Below, piece after piece: positions 37,830 through 51,619 of a stretch of DNA of 64,000 nt. Made by a program: the position numbers and the translations under genes. Position 1 is the first letter of the stretch. Every line of letters starts with the position of its first letter. This stretch comes from Rozella allomycis CSF55 (taxonomy: Eukaryota): positions 1 to 64,000 of the forward strand of contig KE561117.1 in NCBI GenBank assembly GCA_000442015.1, read 5' to 3'. Under the pieces are notes generated by a model. The model had not been told where the DNA came from and searched no databases. It saw only the letters and a program-made list of their open reading frames with translations.

Positions 37830-39597
37830 ATGGGAAAGCTAAAGAAAAAGGTAAAGACACATGTTTGAATCGAGCAGGGAACATCTGGCGCTGTGGTTAA
37901 TTACATATCTCGTAACAAAGCTATTAGAAAACTTCAAATAACTTTGCCAGAGTTTCGGTAGGAATTTTTTTATTGTATAAAGTTAGCCGTTTGTGTATAT
38001 TGAAAGGAATATATCCTAGAGAACCAAATAATAAAAAGAAACTGACCAAAGGAAGCACAGCACCAACAACGTTTTACTATCTCAAAGATATTCAGTATTT
38101 GCTACATGAGCCAATACTTCAAAAATTTAGAGAACATAAAATATTTTTGAGAAAGTTAAACAGGGCGATTGGAAAAGGGCAAAAAGAAAATGCTGTTAGA
38201 ATACAAGAGATGGCGCCCAAGTACACTTTAGATCACGTCATTAGAGAACGCTACCCAACATTCATTGATGCTGTCAGAGATTTGGATGATGCTTTATGTA
38301 TGATCTATTTGTTTTCAATGTTCCCACAAACTAATGAAGTTGAAGCCGGGGTAGTTGAGAAATGTCAAAGACTCTGCCGTGAATTCGAACACTATATTAT
38401 AAAATCAAGATCTTTGGTTCATTCATTCGTGTCTGTCAAAGGAATTTACTATCAAGCTATGATTCTTGGACAAGCTGTGACTTGGTTGGTGCCATTCGAA
38501 TTTAGTGTGGCTGTTCCTCATGACGTCGACTTTCGTGTGATGATGACATTTTGTGAGTTTTATATTACACTCCTTGGATTTATAAATTTTAAGCTTTACT
38601 CTCAATTGAATCTTGTCTATCCACCACAATTGGACCAAACTGCTTTGGATGCAGAAGGTGGCTTAAGTGCCTATAAAATTGAAGAAAAGGATGCGATAAA
38701 GGAGATGCATCCAACTGCAGATGTGACTTTAAAGAAGAATGAATCTGTGGATCAAAAAGTTATTGATTCTTTAAATGAAAAGTTAAAAGAGATTTCAAAG
38801 GAAGACAAAGCTGATGAATTGAAGGAAAACTTTGAGCACTCTGATGAATTAGTTAACATGAACGAGTTGGAGCAACAATTCTCTGAGCATGAAAAGTTTA
38901 AGAATTTATTCGCTCAAAAAGTATTTTTCATTTCTAGAGAAGCCCCCAGATTATCGCTCGAGTTTATTATTCGTTCGTTTGGAGGCAAAGTTGGTTACGC
39001 TAGTGGTAAAAACTCCATGTTCAAGGAAAATGACCCTCGCATCACACATCATATTGTTGATCGTCCTTTAGAAATGATCCCTACTTTGCATTCTAATCGT
39101 AGTTATGTTCAACCACAATGGATCTATGATTGCATCAATTCAGGTAGACTCTTAGACCCCGGTCTTTATGCCCCAGGAGTTAAACTTCCAGCGCATTTAT
39201 CTCCATTTGAAAAATCAGGAGATTATGTTCCTACTGAAGCAATTCAATTTTTTGCCAGAGAGGAAGAAGCTCAAAACAACGAAGTTGAGAGTACAAATGG
39301 TGAGATGGTAGACGAAAAGAAACCTGAAGAAACAGTTGAAATGACTGTAACAGCCTTTATCATCTATTATTTTAGGAATATCAAGAAGAGTTAGCTAAAG
39401 AAATGAATAAGGTAGTGAAAAAACGCAAGAAGACCTCCAAGGAAGATGAAGAGAAGGAAAGAAAAGAAATGGCTATTGGAATGATGAACAAGAAAGACAA
39501 GAACTTGTACAATAGCATGATGTTTGGAAAACGTAAACGCGCACTACTAGCTTCAAAGTTGAAGGAAAAGAAATTGAAGCTTCAGCAAAAAGAATAA
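37830..39597 (+). CDS. NOP7: Pescadillo/Nop7 (BRCT-containing)
   Basis: YISRNKAIRKLQITLPEFR|RLCILKGIYPREP, ERYPTFIDAVRDLDDAL, YVQPQWIYDCIN, LPAHLSPF. Confidence 0.97.
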
Positions 39598-39665
39598 ATC
39601 ATTTCACTTTTATAATTTTATGCCGAATATTTCATGATGTGTTTTACAAAGTTACTATTATTAGC

Positions 39666-40135
39666 ATGGATGTTGAGGGCATATTCAAGCGCCGAGTATC
39701 GCGTGATGTGCCGGCAAACACAAACTCGAATTTTTCTGACCCAAGAGTCCTTAAAATTCCAAGATCAGTTGAAAATAGGCAACCAAAGATGGATTATGTG
39801 TCTGTTGAAACTAGTTTCCTAAAGAGATGGAGGCAAAGGTTTTCATATTTGCATAATTTAATTAAGATGGTTAGTACTAGATGAAACTGCGATTTGCATA
39901 TTTGAAAATGAGCAAGTAATGTAGAAGCATTAATGTATTGAGGTAGGATTTTAGATTGTCCAAATCACCCATCCGAATTGTTCTCACAAATGGCATTAGA
40001 AAGATTTATGCGTCTAGCAAAGATCCGCGAATGATTTTAATAGAGTCTGATGTTGAACCATTAAAGCTTCTATTTGCAACACATGACAAGGCTCAGCTAT
40101 GGAAAGTCGATATTTGTAACAATTCATATTACTGA
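39666..40135 (+). CDS. Small hypothetical protein, possibly PH-like fold
   Basis: Spliced ORF MDVEGIFKRR...SFLKRWRQ...LKLLFATHDKAQLWKVDI. Confidence 0.45.
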
Positions 40136-40215
40136 TAAAATAGTTGATCGAGCATTTAAGAAAAAGAAATAAAATCATTATTTTATTATCGTGCATTTAT
40201 TAATTTTCAAAGTTT

Positions 40216-42731
40216 TTAGATTTGTGATATTGATGTTTCTTGTACACCATGAAGTATTAATACAGGTTTGGAAATTTTAAAAGATAAATCTTCTAAATTC
40301 TTATAATACAAATATTCGTATGAATTGATGGGTGCTTTAGGCATTGATATGAATATAACGGAAGTACGTTCAGACGTATTACTCACTATAAACCGATTCA
40401 TTATTTCATATTCATTTAAACTCACGGTAATATTCCGTTCCATTGTCTTTATAATGATGTCTGCGTGAATTTGGTAACTTGCTAAGATCCTTGAGATGTA
40501 GTCTCTCTCTATCAACTCGTTGTGCGAATATTGCACAGGAACTATAATTCTTAATTTAGATGTCTTTCTCCAGGCGCGATGTGAATGCAGCCAACAGCTA
40601 AGTTGAAGTGTGAATAATGATGATCTCATGTTTTGATCTTGATGACAAACTGTGAAGGGATATACATCGATAGTCGAATTATTTTCAATGCACGTAAAAT
40701 TTGTAAAGCCCTTGGCTATAATGTAATTTTTCCCCGTCTTAACTATTGTGTGTAACGCAGACACATAATCAAATATGCTCAAATCTCTGGAGTCTCTATT
40801 TTGACATTTCTGTAAATTTTCGAACGATTGCTTTCGTTGACATGCTGTGAGGGCCTTCATCGACAGCTCTGTTGATGGCTTTTGACCCTTATCTTCATAG
40901 AACCCTAAAAGAACAGTATTTGGCTTTAGCGCACCTAATCCTGACAACTTAATTTTAAAACCGGTAACAAATTACCATTATTAAATGGAAAATCCCGTCG
41001 AGCATCTTGTTGGACACTACAATCTCTACAAAAGCTTTAACTTTGATTGCCTGGACTGCATCAATCCAAGAATCTCTTTGCTGGCTATATTCACAAAACA
41101 TTCTTTCATCCAACTCTCCTTTTATCACATGCCCAAGAACAAATAGTCCTCCTTTCTTCAGTTGATTCGCAAACTTTATCAAATTGAGATTGGTTAAAGG
41201 ATCGGAGACTAAAAGAAGAAATTGTGGTCTCCAGCATTTAATGTCTTCCCTCTCGTTCAAAATGAGCAAGTATTTCCTAACCTGATGATAGACCAAACTT
41301 TGCGAAATATCGCCTGACAATGCAGGGAATTTCTGCATGTGAAGAAAAATAAATACGGCCATCATGAAACAAATAGAAATGGCTGCGTAAATTGGGCTTA
41401 TTAACAATGTTGAAAACACGCATAACAAAGTGCCAAAAACGGCGGTCATAGAATTAGCATAATGGAAAACTGGCCGATAATTGGGACTAGATGATAAAGA
41501 AAGTGCAAAACAAGCAAAATTTGTAACAATATCATTTGTTAAATAGAATAAAGACACAAAGGGCGCCAAAGTATCAATGCTTGTAAATGTGGAAATCAAA
41601 ATACTGGCAATGCATGACAAAACGATAAAGAAATTATCTTTTGAAAGCCTTCTCCACTTGAACTTTAATGGTAGGACACCATCATTAGTCATTGCCGTAA
41701 ATGTACTAGCAGCACTTAATATTGAAGAAATTGTCGTTGTAATTACAATTAACAGCAAAGTTAACATTATCAGTGGAGTCCAAATCGCATGGGATATTAG
41801 CAAATAGAATTGATCGTCTAGTTCGGCCCTGGTACATGACAAGGCCAGTACTAACGACACCAGAACAAATATCATCAAAACGTACACGAAACTCGTTAAT
41901 AATCCTAATGGGAGCCTGTAAGATCTTTTAACCTCTCCTGACATGCTAGGCCCTGTTTGGATCCCGGCACACGCAGAATACTAAAATGACAAAGGCAAAG
42001 AAGCATACTAATATACCAAAAATCACGGAAAAATTAAAGCTAATACCATTTAATTGCTGAAAAGCTGGATTCCAATTTTGTGACAGCATGCTAACTTGAA
42101 TACCCTTCTCTGCTAAAAGCCCTGCAATCCCTAAGGCTATAGAAAGTATGGAAAGATAAAAAGTAGTCACAGATAATACTTTGAATGCATTAGTTCCCAT
42201 TAAAGAAATACATCCGCAGAATAACAACATTGTGAGAGAATACAAAAACCTGGCTAAAGCACTATTCTACTAAAAATGGCAGCTTAAAAAAGTACGGGTA
42301 ACATCGATGCAAATAGACCGGCGTCAGAACCAAAAAAAGCAACTAATATTTCACCAAATCCTACTATCCCTAAAGCACATGTTAGAATATTCGCTAATGA
42401 ATACAAAACCCCAACGGATCCACCGAATGAAGGTCCTAGTGACCGACTTATCATGAAATATATTCCACCACTATTCAGTTATACGTACTGTAGTTACCTT
42501 CCCAAAGCGCCATTGGTGGCTATCGCGCAAAGAGAAAGTAGCTATATTTACAAAAATCTAGTTGCGTACAGATACAAATATAGTTGCAAATGTTAATAGG
42601 AGCATAAGCAATTCTAATTTTAGGCCTGCCAGGCCAATTACAACACCCAACCGAAGAAATATCACTACGCCAAGGCATGAATTCACACAAGGAATAAATA
42701 TTCCGTGAAATATACCCAATTTTTGTCTCAT
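40216..42731 (-). CDS. Cation-chloride cotransporter (SLC12A9/Vhc1-like)
   Basis: KLGIFHGIFIPC, ATNG...GGIYFMISRSLGPSFGGSVG, SPNYRPVFHY, GDISQSLVYHQVRKYLL, WRPQFLLLV, GLGALKPNTVLLGF. Confidence 0.92.
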
Positions 42732-42910
42732 AAAATTGAATAAGGAAAGTGGCGCACAAAAGCTTAAATAAGCTTACGTTGTTCAAAGTAATAGTGAAAA
42801 AATGCTCAAGATATTCTCTTAAAGGATTTTTTATAAATCAAGATTTACATATAATCTTTGTCTTTTACTGCCGAGCCAGTAATTCAAAATGATCATGGCA
42901 TTAGCTTTTA

Positions 42911-43410
42911 TTATATTTCATCGCGTCTCGTGAAATTAAGAAGATATACTTTGAATGTTAAATCTGTATTGGGTGGAATATCATTCCCTGCGCCTGTTGC
43001 CCCATAGGCCATGCTGCTAGGGATATGTAGAATTCTTGATGTACCCACGCACATGCTGATCAATGAAACTGTAGTATTTTACCTGGTTAATCCATCATCC
43101 ATGCCTTGAATTACTTGTTTCGGGTTAGCCTGCAAGACAAACTCTAGTGGCTTTTTGCCATAGTTTGTTTCAAACACTTTACCATCATTGTCTTCAGAGT
43201 AGAATTTGCCTTCGTAGTAAACATAAAGGGTGTCTCTATATGTGACCTATTTTACTATATTATACCCAGGCATGGTCTTTTGAGCACATGTGATTTGATC
43301 CTAACATTGCAAATATGCCAATAGATTACTGGTTCTTCTATTATTAACCGATCTAATTTCTGACTAAGCACTAAACATGGCAAAGCGAATAGAACAAGTC
43401 GAAATAACAT
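42911..43410 (-). CDS. ER-lumenal FKBP-type PPIase (divergent copy)
   Basis: Signal peptide MLFRLVLFALPCLVLS, QVIQGMDDGL, MCVGTSRILHIPSSMAYG...IPPNTDLTFKV, C-terminus RDEI. Confidence 0.85.
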
Positions 43411-43450
43411 CAGAAATTGTAAACAAACAAACGCAGCACTTTAGTATTTA

Positions 43451-43941
43451 TTATAGCTCACTTATTGTACTTCCTTCTTCAATGTCCAGCAATTCCACAA
43501 CAAATGTCAATGCTGCATTTGGAGGAATTTTAGATCCAGCCCCGCGGGTTCCATAGGCCAAGTGTGACGGAATTTGAAGTTTCCGTTTTTCGCCTACACA
43601 CATGCCAAGCAATCCTTGATCCCATCCTTGAATCACCTGTGATTTACCAAGGGTAAATGAAAATGGTTCATTCCTATCATAACTTGAATCAAATTTCTCG
43701 CCCTCATTTTTCTCATGCCAGATTCTTCCTTCGTAATGTACTTTTATGGTATCACTTTATTGATTTTTGAATTGTAGTTACTTGGGCATGGTAGTTCTTG
43801 TACAGCTTACTTTATTCTAACGTAACTTAAAAATGTATGTGATACCAGTTTTCCTATCAATAAAGTATTAGGCGGGGTTTTTGTCGAAATTAACGAGGAA
43901 AATGAAAATAAAATTATGCAAAAGGTAAAAAAGGTAATCAT
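43451..43941 (-). CDS. ER-lumenal FKBP-type PPIase (FKBP2/Fpr2-like)
   Basis: Signal peptide, VHYEG...[48 protein letters not shown]-terminus ISEL. Confidence 0.92.
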
Positions 43942-44082
43942 AGAATTAGGGATTTTTCCAATTTTCCAGACCCAGTGAGTCATAGACTTATTTTTGACTT
44001 GAGAAGGTAAAAAGATTGCACAAGATTCGTAAGAAATTAATTTATTGACTATCTCCTACACCAAATAGTCCTACGCTCTTTT

Positions 44083-45581
44083 TCAGTCTATGTTGCTTCC
44101 AAATTGGCAGTTTTTTGAAATTTGCACGATCCATGTTAAAAATTTGTTTGAATTCGTCGTCCAATAAATAATCCTTATGTAAATTACTTGATTAGTGAAT
44201 ACCTCCAAGCAATAGAGATTAAGGTTATGTTGCTTTCTACACTCATTGCTCATTAGTTGCGAATGAGAAAAGGTTTGCCTTTGCATATTCTTATAGTAAG
44301 AGTCCATTTCGCATTTCTCGGGCTGTTTGTTAAACCTTTGTAAAATCTCAGCAAAAATTTTGTCGATAGTATTAGAGTCCGAGTTGGTTTTAATTTCTTC
44401 TATCAATTCAAAAAGTTTCATTTCTAAATTTTTGGAGTTGTTATCCTTTGGCTTTTCATGTTGACGCCTTGAGATTTTTTTGTTTATCATCAACCCACTG
44501 TCCATAGTTTTTCTCCTTTGTAGCTTTGCATTCATTTCTCCGTTCCCTTTTTGGAATGCCAAATCATTTGAATCTTTTACTAGTCGTAAAGAATAGAAAC
44601 GATTTATTCCCCTTCTTCCGTTAAGAGAATCAGTGTTGACACGACCATTATGGACTTTAATATCCGCCTTAATCTAACATTTAAATATTATTTTTAATGT
44701 TACATTAAAAATTACATCTGCTTCTTCAATCATTAGGCATAAGAATTCTTGAGTGCATGAGCGAATGTCTATATTAGAAACCTCCTTCTCCTTCAAGAAA
44801 TACGGCGTGAAAATTATGGAAAGGTTTGAAGCTGTCATGTTGTTGCTATTCCTTGATATATGGTGAAGTAACAGAAATAATGCTTCAATTAGGTTTCTCT
44901 CTCTTCTTGGAATTGAGAGATAGAGCCACCTTAGATAAGAGATTTGCTCTTTTCTTTGAGATATTTCTCGAATTAAATAGAGACTAAATTTACCTTGTAC
45001 AATAAGCAAGTATATATCTACATGAAAAGTAGAAAGCAAACAACCCAACTCACGTAAATAAAATTTCAATAAAGATGCAACGTCATGCTTTGTTATATTA
45101 AAATGAGACGGAAAATATGTAGCTTCGGGGTGTTTGTCAATCCATTCCTTCAAAAAGGCTAGCCTTCTTTGCGACCCATTAACTCGGAACACCCCTTCAT
45201 AGTCGACAGATTCAAGCTGAAATAAATATGAAAAACAGCAAATAACAATATTTGGAAGTTGAAGATGATCTTATATTTTTCAACTTTACTTTTTTACTTG
45301 AGCCAAAAAGCGAACTTCCATACGACATATGGTCTTTTAATGTTCCATCAAAATATGAATTCCTTTTTCCTAAACATATCATTAAATCCCACATTACTTT
45401 TAAAACCAGATAACAGGCGTTTAATCGATTTAGTCATGCTAGACCTCTTCGAAACCTTGAAGTTCAATTCAAGATGTGAGATGGCTGTTAGCCTTATAAA
45501 CTCTTGCTCCTCAATATGCAAATGATTAATATGGGGTGTTGATCCTAAGAGCTTCTTGATAACTGGCACCTCGTGGAACAT
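44083..45581 (-). CDS. RhoGAP-domain protein
   Basis: EGVFRVNGS (Arg finger), HDVASLLKFYLREL, NNMTASNLSIIFTP; 3' end uncertain. Confidence 0.85.
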
Positions 45582-45738
45582 TCTTCTTAAATTACAAATT
45601 AATTACAGTAATTGTTGACATTTTCAAAACTCTCAATATCAAATATTTAAATACATATCGAGGAAAATCATATGAGTCATTAATTAGTGTCCGTCTAAAA
45701 GGATTTTGTTCTCAAGCTCGAACATAAGCCACCAAAAA

Positions 45739-46767
45739 ATGACATCTGCAGTTCCCGCACGCTTGATGCCTTCTCAAATTAAAAATAAAATGAAAAGAGA
45801 GGAAGTTTATCACAAACTGAAGTCTTTAAAAAATAAGGAAAAACTTAAACGTCGTTTGCTGAGGAAAAAATTGGAAAAAGAGTGCGAAGATCCTTCTGTA
45901 ATGATCTAAAATTTAATATAATAGTTACTTCCCGAAAAAGAGAAGCCAAAAACGCAGGAAACAAAACGAGAGCATGATGAAACCATTGTGGATCCAGCCG
46001 ACGAAGAAGTGCTTCAAGACGAAGAACAAGACGAATTTGCAGACTATTTTTCTGGAAAACCTCCTAAAATAATTGTCACCACGAGTAAAAGGCCGTCAAA
46101 AGTAATCAAGTCAAAATGTTTTATTACAAAGAATGTCTATTTATTTAGCGAAGAACTTTCTGATGTACTTCCCAATGCTGAGCTTAGAAGACGAGAAAAT
46201 TTCGATATAGATGAAATAATGAAAGTGGCTATAGAAAATGACTATACAGATATTATAGTCGTGAATGAAGACAAGAAAGAACCAAGTAATTTAACACATG
46301 ATCATATAAAGATGCGCTATTACTGATTCATCTTCCCTATGGCCCGACAGCTTTCTTTAGATTGAAGAGTATTCGAAGCGGTAAATCCATAAAGGTACCA
46401 TATATCGCGTCCTAACATACAGGGACATGGACGATCTACTGGTCACTATCCAGAGCTAATATTAAATAACTTCAACACCAGACTTGGTCACACAATAGGT
46501 CGCATGTTCGCCTCCATATTTCCGCAAATGCCGGATTTTAAAGGAAGACAAGCCGTCACTCTTCATAACCAAAGGGATTTCATATTCTTTAGAAGGCATA
46601 GATACATATTTGATAGCGATAAAAAAGTTTCACTGCAAGAGATAGGGCCGCGTTTCACTTTAAAACTGAAATGGCTCCAGAAGGGTCTTTTCAACCCCAA
46701 ATCCGGTGAATATGAATGGTATCATAAGCCAGACTTGGATACATCACGTGTTAGGTTTTTCTTGTAA
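45739..46767 (+). CDS. RPF1: Ribosome production factor 1 (Brix domain)
   Basis: [73 protein letters not shown]. Confidence 0.95.
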
Positions 46768-46863
46768 TAAAATGGCCTTTTCCGAATTTTTCTATTTTTG
46801 ATGCGCCATCGTGAAATTTACATCTAATACGTGCATGTTTCTCAGCCACAATTTTTCTCGCTG

Positions 46864-47669
46864 ATGAACGATGCTATTCCTACAAGAACTTTGAGACTAC
46901 CGTCTATAAGCGATTTAACTGGTACCTATATATATGTTAAATTTAGATTTATAGCTGCCGTAGCGCTAATGGATCAGGCAAATCAAAATACCATTAAAAT
47001 TGGGGCTCGGGATTCATTTGATAATGCTACCATATTGGCTTCACCAACTACAGATGATACGGGATCTGAGCAGCCCAGTCCTCTTCCTAGTTTCTCATGC
47101 AATACAGAGAAACCAGGGTTAATGTTTTTGCCACGCCCCAACACGCTACTTTCCCCTTCGAGCAATAGACGACATTCAATAGCTGTCGGTGCTAATATAT
47201 CAGACATTGGTATTTTTATTTTTTTATGTAAATAGATAATTCAGACGTGAAACGACTTCAGCATACAATGTCAGAAAGACGAAGGCGTGAAAGCATAAAG
47301 GACGGTTTTGGAGAGCTCAGAAGTAAAGGCATTATTATTTATTTATAGATTGTATTCCCGGTATGGTTAGTGAAAGACATAGCAAGGGTGAAATAATTCG
47401 AAATGGTAAATACAACTTTTGTCATTTAATAAGCTATTGATTACATTAGAGAATTAGAAATGGACATTAACACTTTAAAAAGTCAGATTGATATGCTACG
47501 CAAAGAAACCATCATTTTGGATAAGACGGCAGAAATTGATAGCATGAAGTCGAATCATAATCATCATGTCGAAGAGTTGCTATATCCTTCAGATCGTCAT
47601 AGACTATCTTTAAATTCATTAATGGGCCAGGACTTTTCAGCGCCTGCTCGTAATAATTTTGATCAATAA
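46864..47669 (+). CDS. bHLH(-ZIP) transcription factor
   Basis: KRLQHTMSERRRRESIKDGFGELR|..IPG..SKGEIIRN|AIDYIRELE spliced across short introns. Confidence 0.85.
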
Positions 47670-47708
47670 ATTGTAATTCTAAGCCACAATTATCATTCTT
47701 GAATTTTT

Positions 47709-48917
47709 ATGTCTTCAGACAAAAATACGCCTATTTCAGAGAATATCAAAGATTTACCTAGGTTAAGTATGTACTCCCAACGTCGAAGTGTTTTCCCAAG
47801 GCATTCAATTAATGACATTGAAAATTCCAAATATAGTCCGGTATCATTGTCTCCTTTTGCAGATGCTTCATACAATGGCTCATGTCGAACCTTAAAAACT
47901 GAATATAACACCAAAAAAGTGGTCAAGCTAGTAACATTGATGTCTTGCTGGTTCATTTTGTCCGCACTGTTAAGTGTATACAACAAATATATTTTTGGGA
48001 AAAAATATTTCAATTTTCAATTCCCTTTATTTATGACCTCCGTTAACATGCTTTGGCATTTTCTATTTTCATATTTTGCATTAGATGTATTGCATTTAAT
48101 TAGCGAAGTGAACACATCAACTCAATCTTGGAAATCATATTTGTTTTACATTATTCCGTGTTCTGTGTCTGCAGGTTTAGATATCGGTCTATCCAATACT
48201 TCATTAAAATTCATATCATTAACATTCTATACTATGGTTAAATCAAGCTCTCCAATATTCGTTCTTGGGTTTTCTTTCTTGTTCAAATTGGAAAGAGTAA
48301 GTATCAAGCTCATCATAATAATTTTTGTTATTAGTATAGGCGTTTTATTGACTGTTTTGGCTGAATCCGAATTTGATTCTCTAGGCTTTGTATTAGTGAT
48401 TATATCGACTTGTCTTGGTGGATTAAGATGGTGCCTTACGCAAATACTGGTTCAGCCTGTTTCTCGACACTCAATGCATCCTTTAATTGCGATGAGGTCT
48501 CTTTCCCCCTCAATGTTTATCACGTTACTTGTTGTTAGTTTGATTTCTGAAGGGCCTTCTACAATATTTGGCTCAGAATATTTTACATCCTTTGAAAATT
48601 TTTTGCTCACACTTGGGATTGGATTGGTGCAAGGAATTATATCATTTATTATGGTTTTATCAGAGGTCAAGCTATTGTCATTAACATCTAGTGTAACTCT
48701 TACTATTGGTGGTATTCTAAAGGAAATGATGATGATTCTAATTTCGACGTTAATTTTTCAAGACAAACTTGGACCACTTAACATAGTCGGTTTTTGTATA
48801 ACAATAATGGGAATACTATGTTTTAACATCTTCAGGTACCTTCAGGCTAAAAGAACTGAACACGATGGTGATATTATGGAAATGACTATAAATAATGGCC
48901 AAAGCGGAACTTCATGA
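47709..48917 (+). CDS. Triose-phosphate/nucleotide-sugar transporter family (SLC35C2-like)
   Basis: LSVYNKYIF..FQFPLFMT, GLDIGLSNTSL..ISLTFYTMVKSSSPIFVL, GLRWCLTQIL, GILKE. Confidence 0.92.
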   Translation: MSSDKNTPISENIKDLPRLSMYSQRRSVFPRHSINDIENSKYSPVSLSPFADASYNGSCRTLKTEYNTKKVVKLVTLMSCWFILSALLSVYNKYIFGKKYFNFQFPLFMTSVNMLWHFLFSYFALDVLHLISEVNTSTQSWKSYLFYIIPCSVSAGLDIGLSNTSLKFISLTFYTMVKSSSPIFVLGFSFLFKLERVSIKLIIIIFVISIGVLLTVLAESEFDSLGFVLVIISTCLGGLRWCLTQILVQPVSRHSMHPLIAMRSLSPSMFITLLVVSLISEGPSTIFGSEYFTSFENFLLTLGIGLVQGIISFIMVLSEVKLLSLTSSVTLTIGGILKEMMMILISTLIFQDKLGPLNIVGFCITIMGILCFNIFRYLQAKRTEHDGDIMEMTINNGQSGTS

Positions 48918-49015
48918 AGGCATATATTTCTTGATAAAGCATTTTTAGAAAATATATTAAATAAAGGAACGTATGTTAATTGCATATTCTTCTAGCTTTT
49001 CCCTAGTGGCTTGGA

Positions 49016-50000
49016 ATGGAAAGGTCAAAGAAATCAAACAACCTTCGGGTTATCTGCCCTGACTGTCGCAATCCACACCCAAATATAGTCGAAGATTTTA
49101 AGTCTGGAACTTTAATATGTCGAGATTGTGCAGTCGGTAACTTTTATCACTCTTTTATCTTATTTTTTAGTTTTGGTTGACCGTATTATTGATACAAGAT
49201 CTGAGTGGCGTACATTTAGTTCAGAAGCTGGAAAAGATGATCCTTCTCGTGTTGGTGGGGCTAGCGATCCTCTTTTGAATGGGACTCAACTTGATACCAT
49301 GATATCTGCACAGGACGGCTTTTCGGGGATGTCCAAAGAACTAAATAGAGTACAACAAAGAACTGCGATGTCTTCCAGCAATCGAGCATTAATAAATGCT
49401 GCTAAAGACATCGCTACACATTGCGATAGAATGAATTTACCCAAGGTTGTGATAGATAGAGCCAGACAATATTTTCAAATTGCAGAAAAACATAAATTAC
49501 TGAAGAGCAAATCGGCTAATGGAATGATAGCCGCTTGCATATTGATAGCGTGCGCTCAAGAGGGGGTGGCCCGCACTTATAAAGAAATATGTGCAATCAC
49601 TAGAGTTCCAAAGGTTGAAATAGCAAGATGTAAAAAAGCGTTACTGGAACATTTAACTGTTGCACCAAAAGTTGGCAAAGCATCCGATTTTGTTGCTCGC
49701 CAATGTAATGCTCTTGGTATGGGTGCAGATATGGAGCGTTTGGGCACAGAAATTGTGAAAAGAGCATCGGATCATGGATGTGTCGATGGAAAAAGTCCTC
49801 TGTCTGTGTCTGCAGCAGGAATTTACATCCTTACCCTTCTGTATCAAAAATATCGAGGAATCATGAAAAACATTTCAGAAGTGGCAGGAGTTTCTGAAAT
49901 GACTATTAGAAATACTTATAGGGACATGTATCCACATCTGGACACCATTATCCCGGATACGGTTCCAAAAGAGCTAGTCCAAATGTTACCTTCACCATAA
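49016..50000 (+). CDS. SUA7: Transcription initiation factor TFIIB
   Basis: Zn ribbon CPDC..IVEDFKSGTLICRDC, IDTRSEWRTFS..DDPSRVG, cyclin repeats RTYKEI and GKSPLSV. Confidence 0.95.
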
Positions 50001-50406
50001 TAAATGCATTTATGTATGTAAACTTGCAAATTTTGCTATTAGAATTTAAAATTATCGCTTAATATGTATAAGTTTAAATCTCAGGCAATGATTGCAAATG
50101 CAGACTTGACAAGGGGATTACAATTTATTAACAGATGGAGAAGTATTGTATTTTATTGCTATTACCCATTGTTTCACAGAACACTCTTAATCACATCATG
50201 GAGGTAGGCCAGGTAATTTACCTCTTTAGCTCTTTCGTTGGCTAATGCTTGTTTATATTTTAATGTAAACAAAAAATAAAACAACATTAATATGTCAATT
50301 CAAGAGTACAAAATACAAATAAAGGAATTCTCTCTAGTATGTTTTATGATTGACTTCCAACCATTCGAAACTTTTTAATTTTTATTACCAGGGGTCGGAA
50401 CTAAAA

Positions 50407-51571
50407 ATGTCAACGGGTTCTACAAACACTGCGGGACCTGTTAGCGTTTCTAAGGTGTATACATATGTAAACAATGAAATGCCTTCCGAATATTGGGATT
50501 ACGACAATGTGTCAATCAACTGGGGGTAAAAACTATGAAATATGTAGAAAGATCAACTTCTGGATTTGAAATAGTGCGTAAAATCGGAAGGGGAAAATAT
50601 TCTGAAGTTTTTGAGGGATACAAAACAACAGAAACACCTCATAAGAAGGTTGTTATTAAAGTTTTAAAGCCAGTGAGGAAGCGCAAAATCAAACGCGAAA
50701 TAAAAATTTTGCAGAATCTTGCTGGAGGTCCAAATATAATCCAGCTTTTGGATGTAGTTCGCGATTCTCAATCTAAGACCCCAGCATTGATATTTGAACA
50801 TATTCAAAATGACGACTTTAAGACGTTATATCCGACATTTACAATATATGACATTCAATACTACTTGTTTGAAGTTTTGAAAGCGTTAGAGTTTTGTCAC
50901 TCGAAAGGTATTATGCATAGAGATGTTAAACCACACAATATTATGATTAATCATGCAACAAGGCAAGTAAATAGATTGTTTTGACATCACAAAGTTGAGA
51001 CTTATTGACTGGGGTCTTGCAGAGTTTTACCATGCAGGAACTGAATACAATGTGAGGGTTGCCAGTAGATATTTTAAAGGTCCAGAATTGCTTGTAAACT
51101 TTGAGATGTATGATTATTCTTTGGATTTGTGGTCACTTGGATGTATGCTTGCCGCTTTGGTATTTTATTCTTGTTAGTTTGATAGATATTTAGGAAAGAA
51201 CCATTCTTTCATGGGTCAGATAATTATGATCAATTAGTGAAAATAACTCACGTTCTTGGGACTGATGATCTTTATGAATATTTAGATAAATACGGTATTG
51301 AACTAGATGAACATTACGATGGATGCATAAAGGAGTAAATTTCTGATCTTTCGTTTAAAAGTTGCCCCAGAGTGCCATGGGTCAAATTTATCAAGCCAGA
51401 AACCGTGCATTTAGCTACTGACGAGGCAATTGATCTTTTGGATAAACTTTTAGTTTATGATCATCAAGTAAATAAATATCTATTGAATAAAAGGCTCGTT
51501 TGACTGCCATGGAAGCCATGGAGCATCCCTTCTTCAGACAGGTTAAACAAACTCTTTCTGGATCTGCATAA
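50407..51571 (+). CDS. CKA1: Casein kinase II catalytic alpha subunit
   Basis: [57 protein letters not shown]. Confidence 0.97.
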
Positions 51572-51619
51572 TGTGCACTTTAAGTAATAAAATTAATCTC
51601 AAATTCAATTCATTTTTAT

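Noticed and set aside
50060-50220. Minus-strand AATTACCTGG resembles the U1 snRNA 5' end
   Set aside because: No helix-H partner, no AUUGCAC loop, no convincing U1-70K stem or Sm site. The 400-bp gap remains unexplained and may hold a micro-gene.
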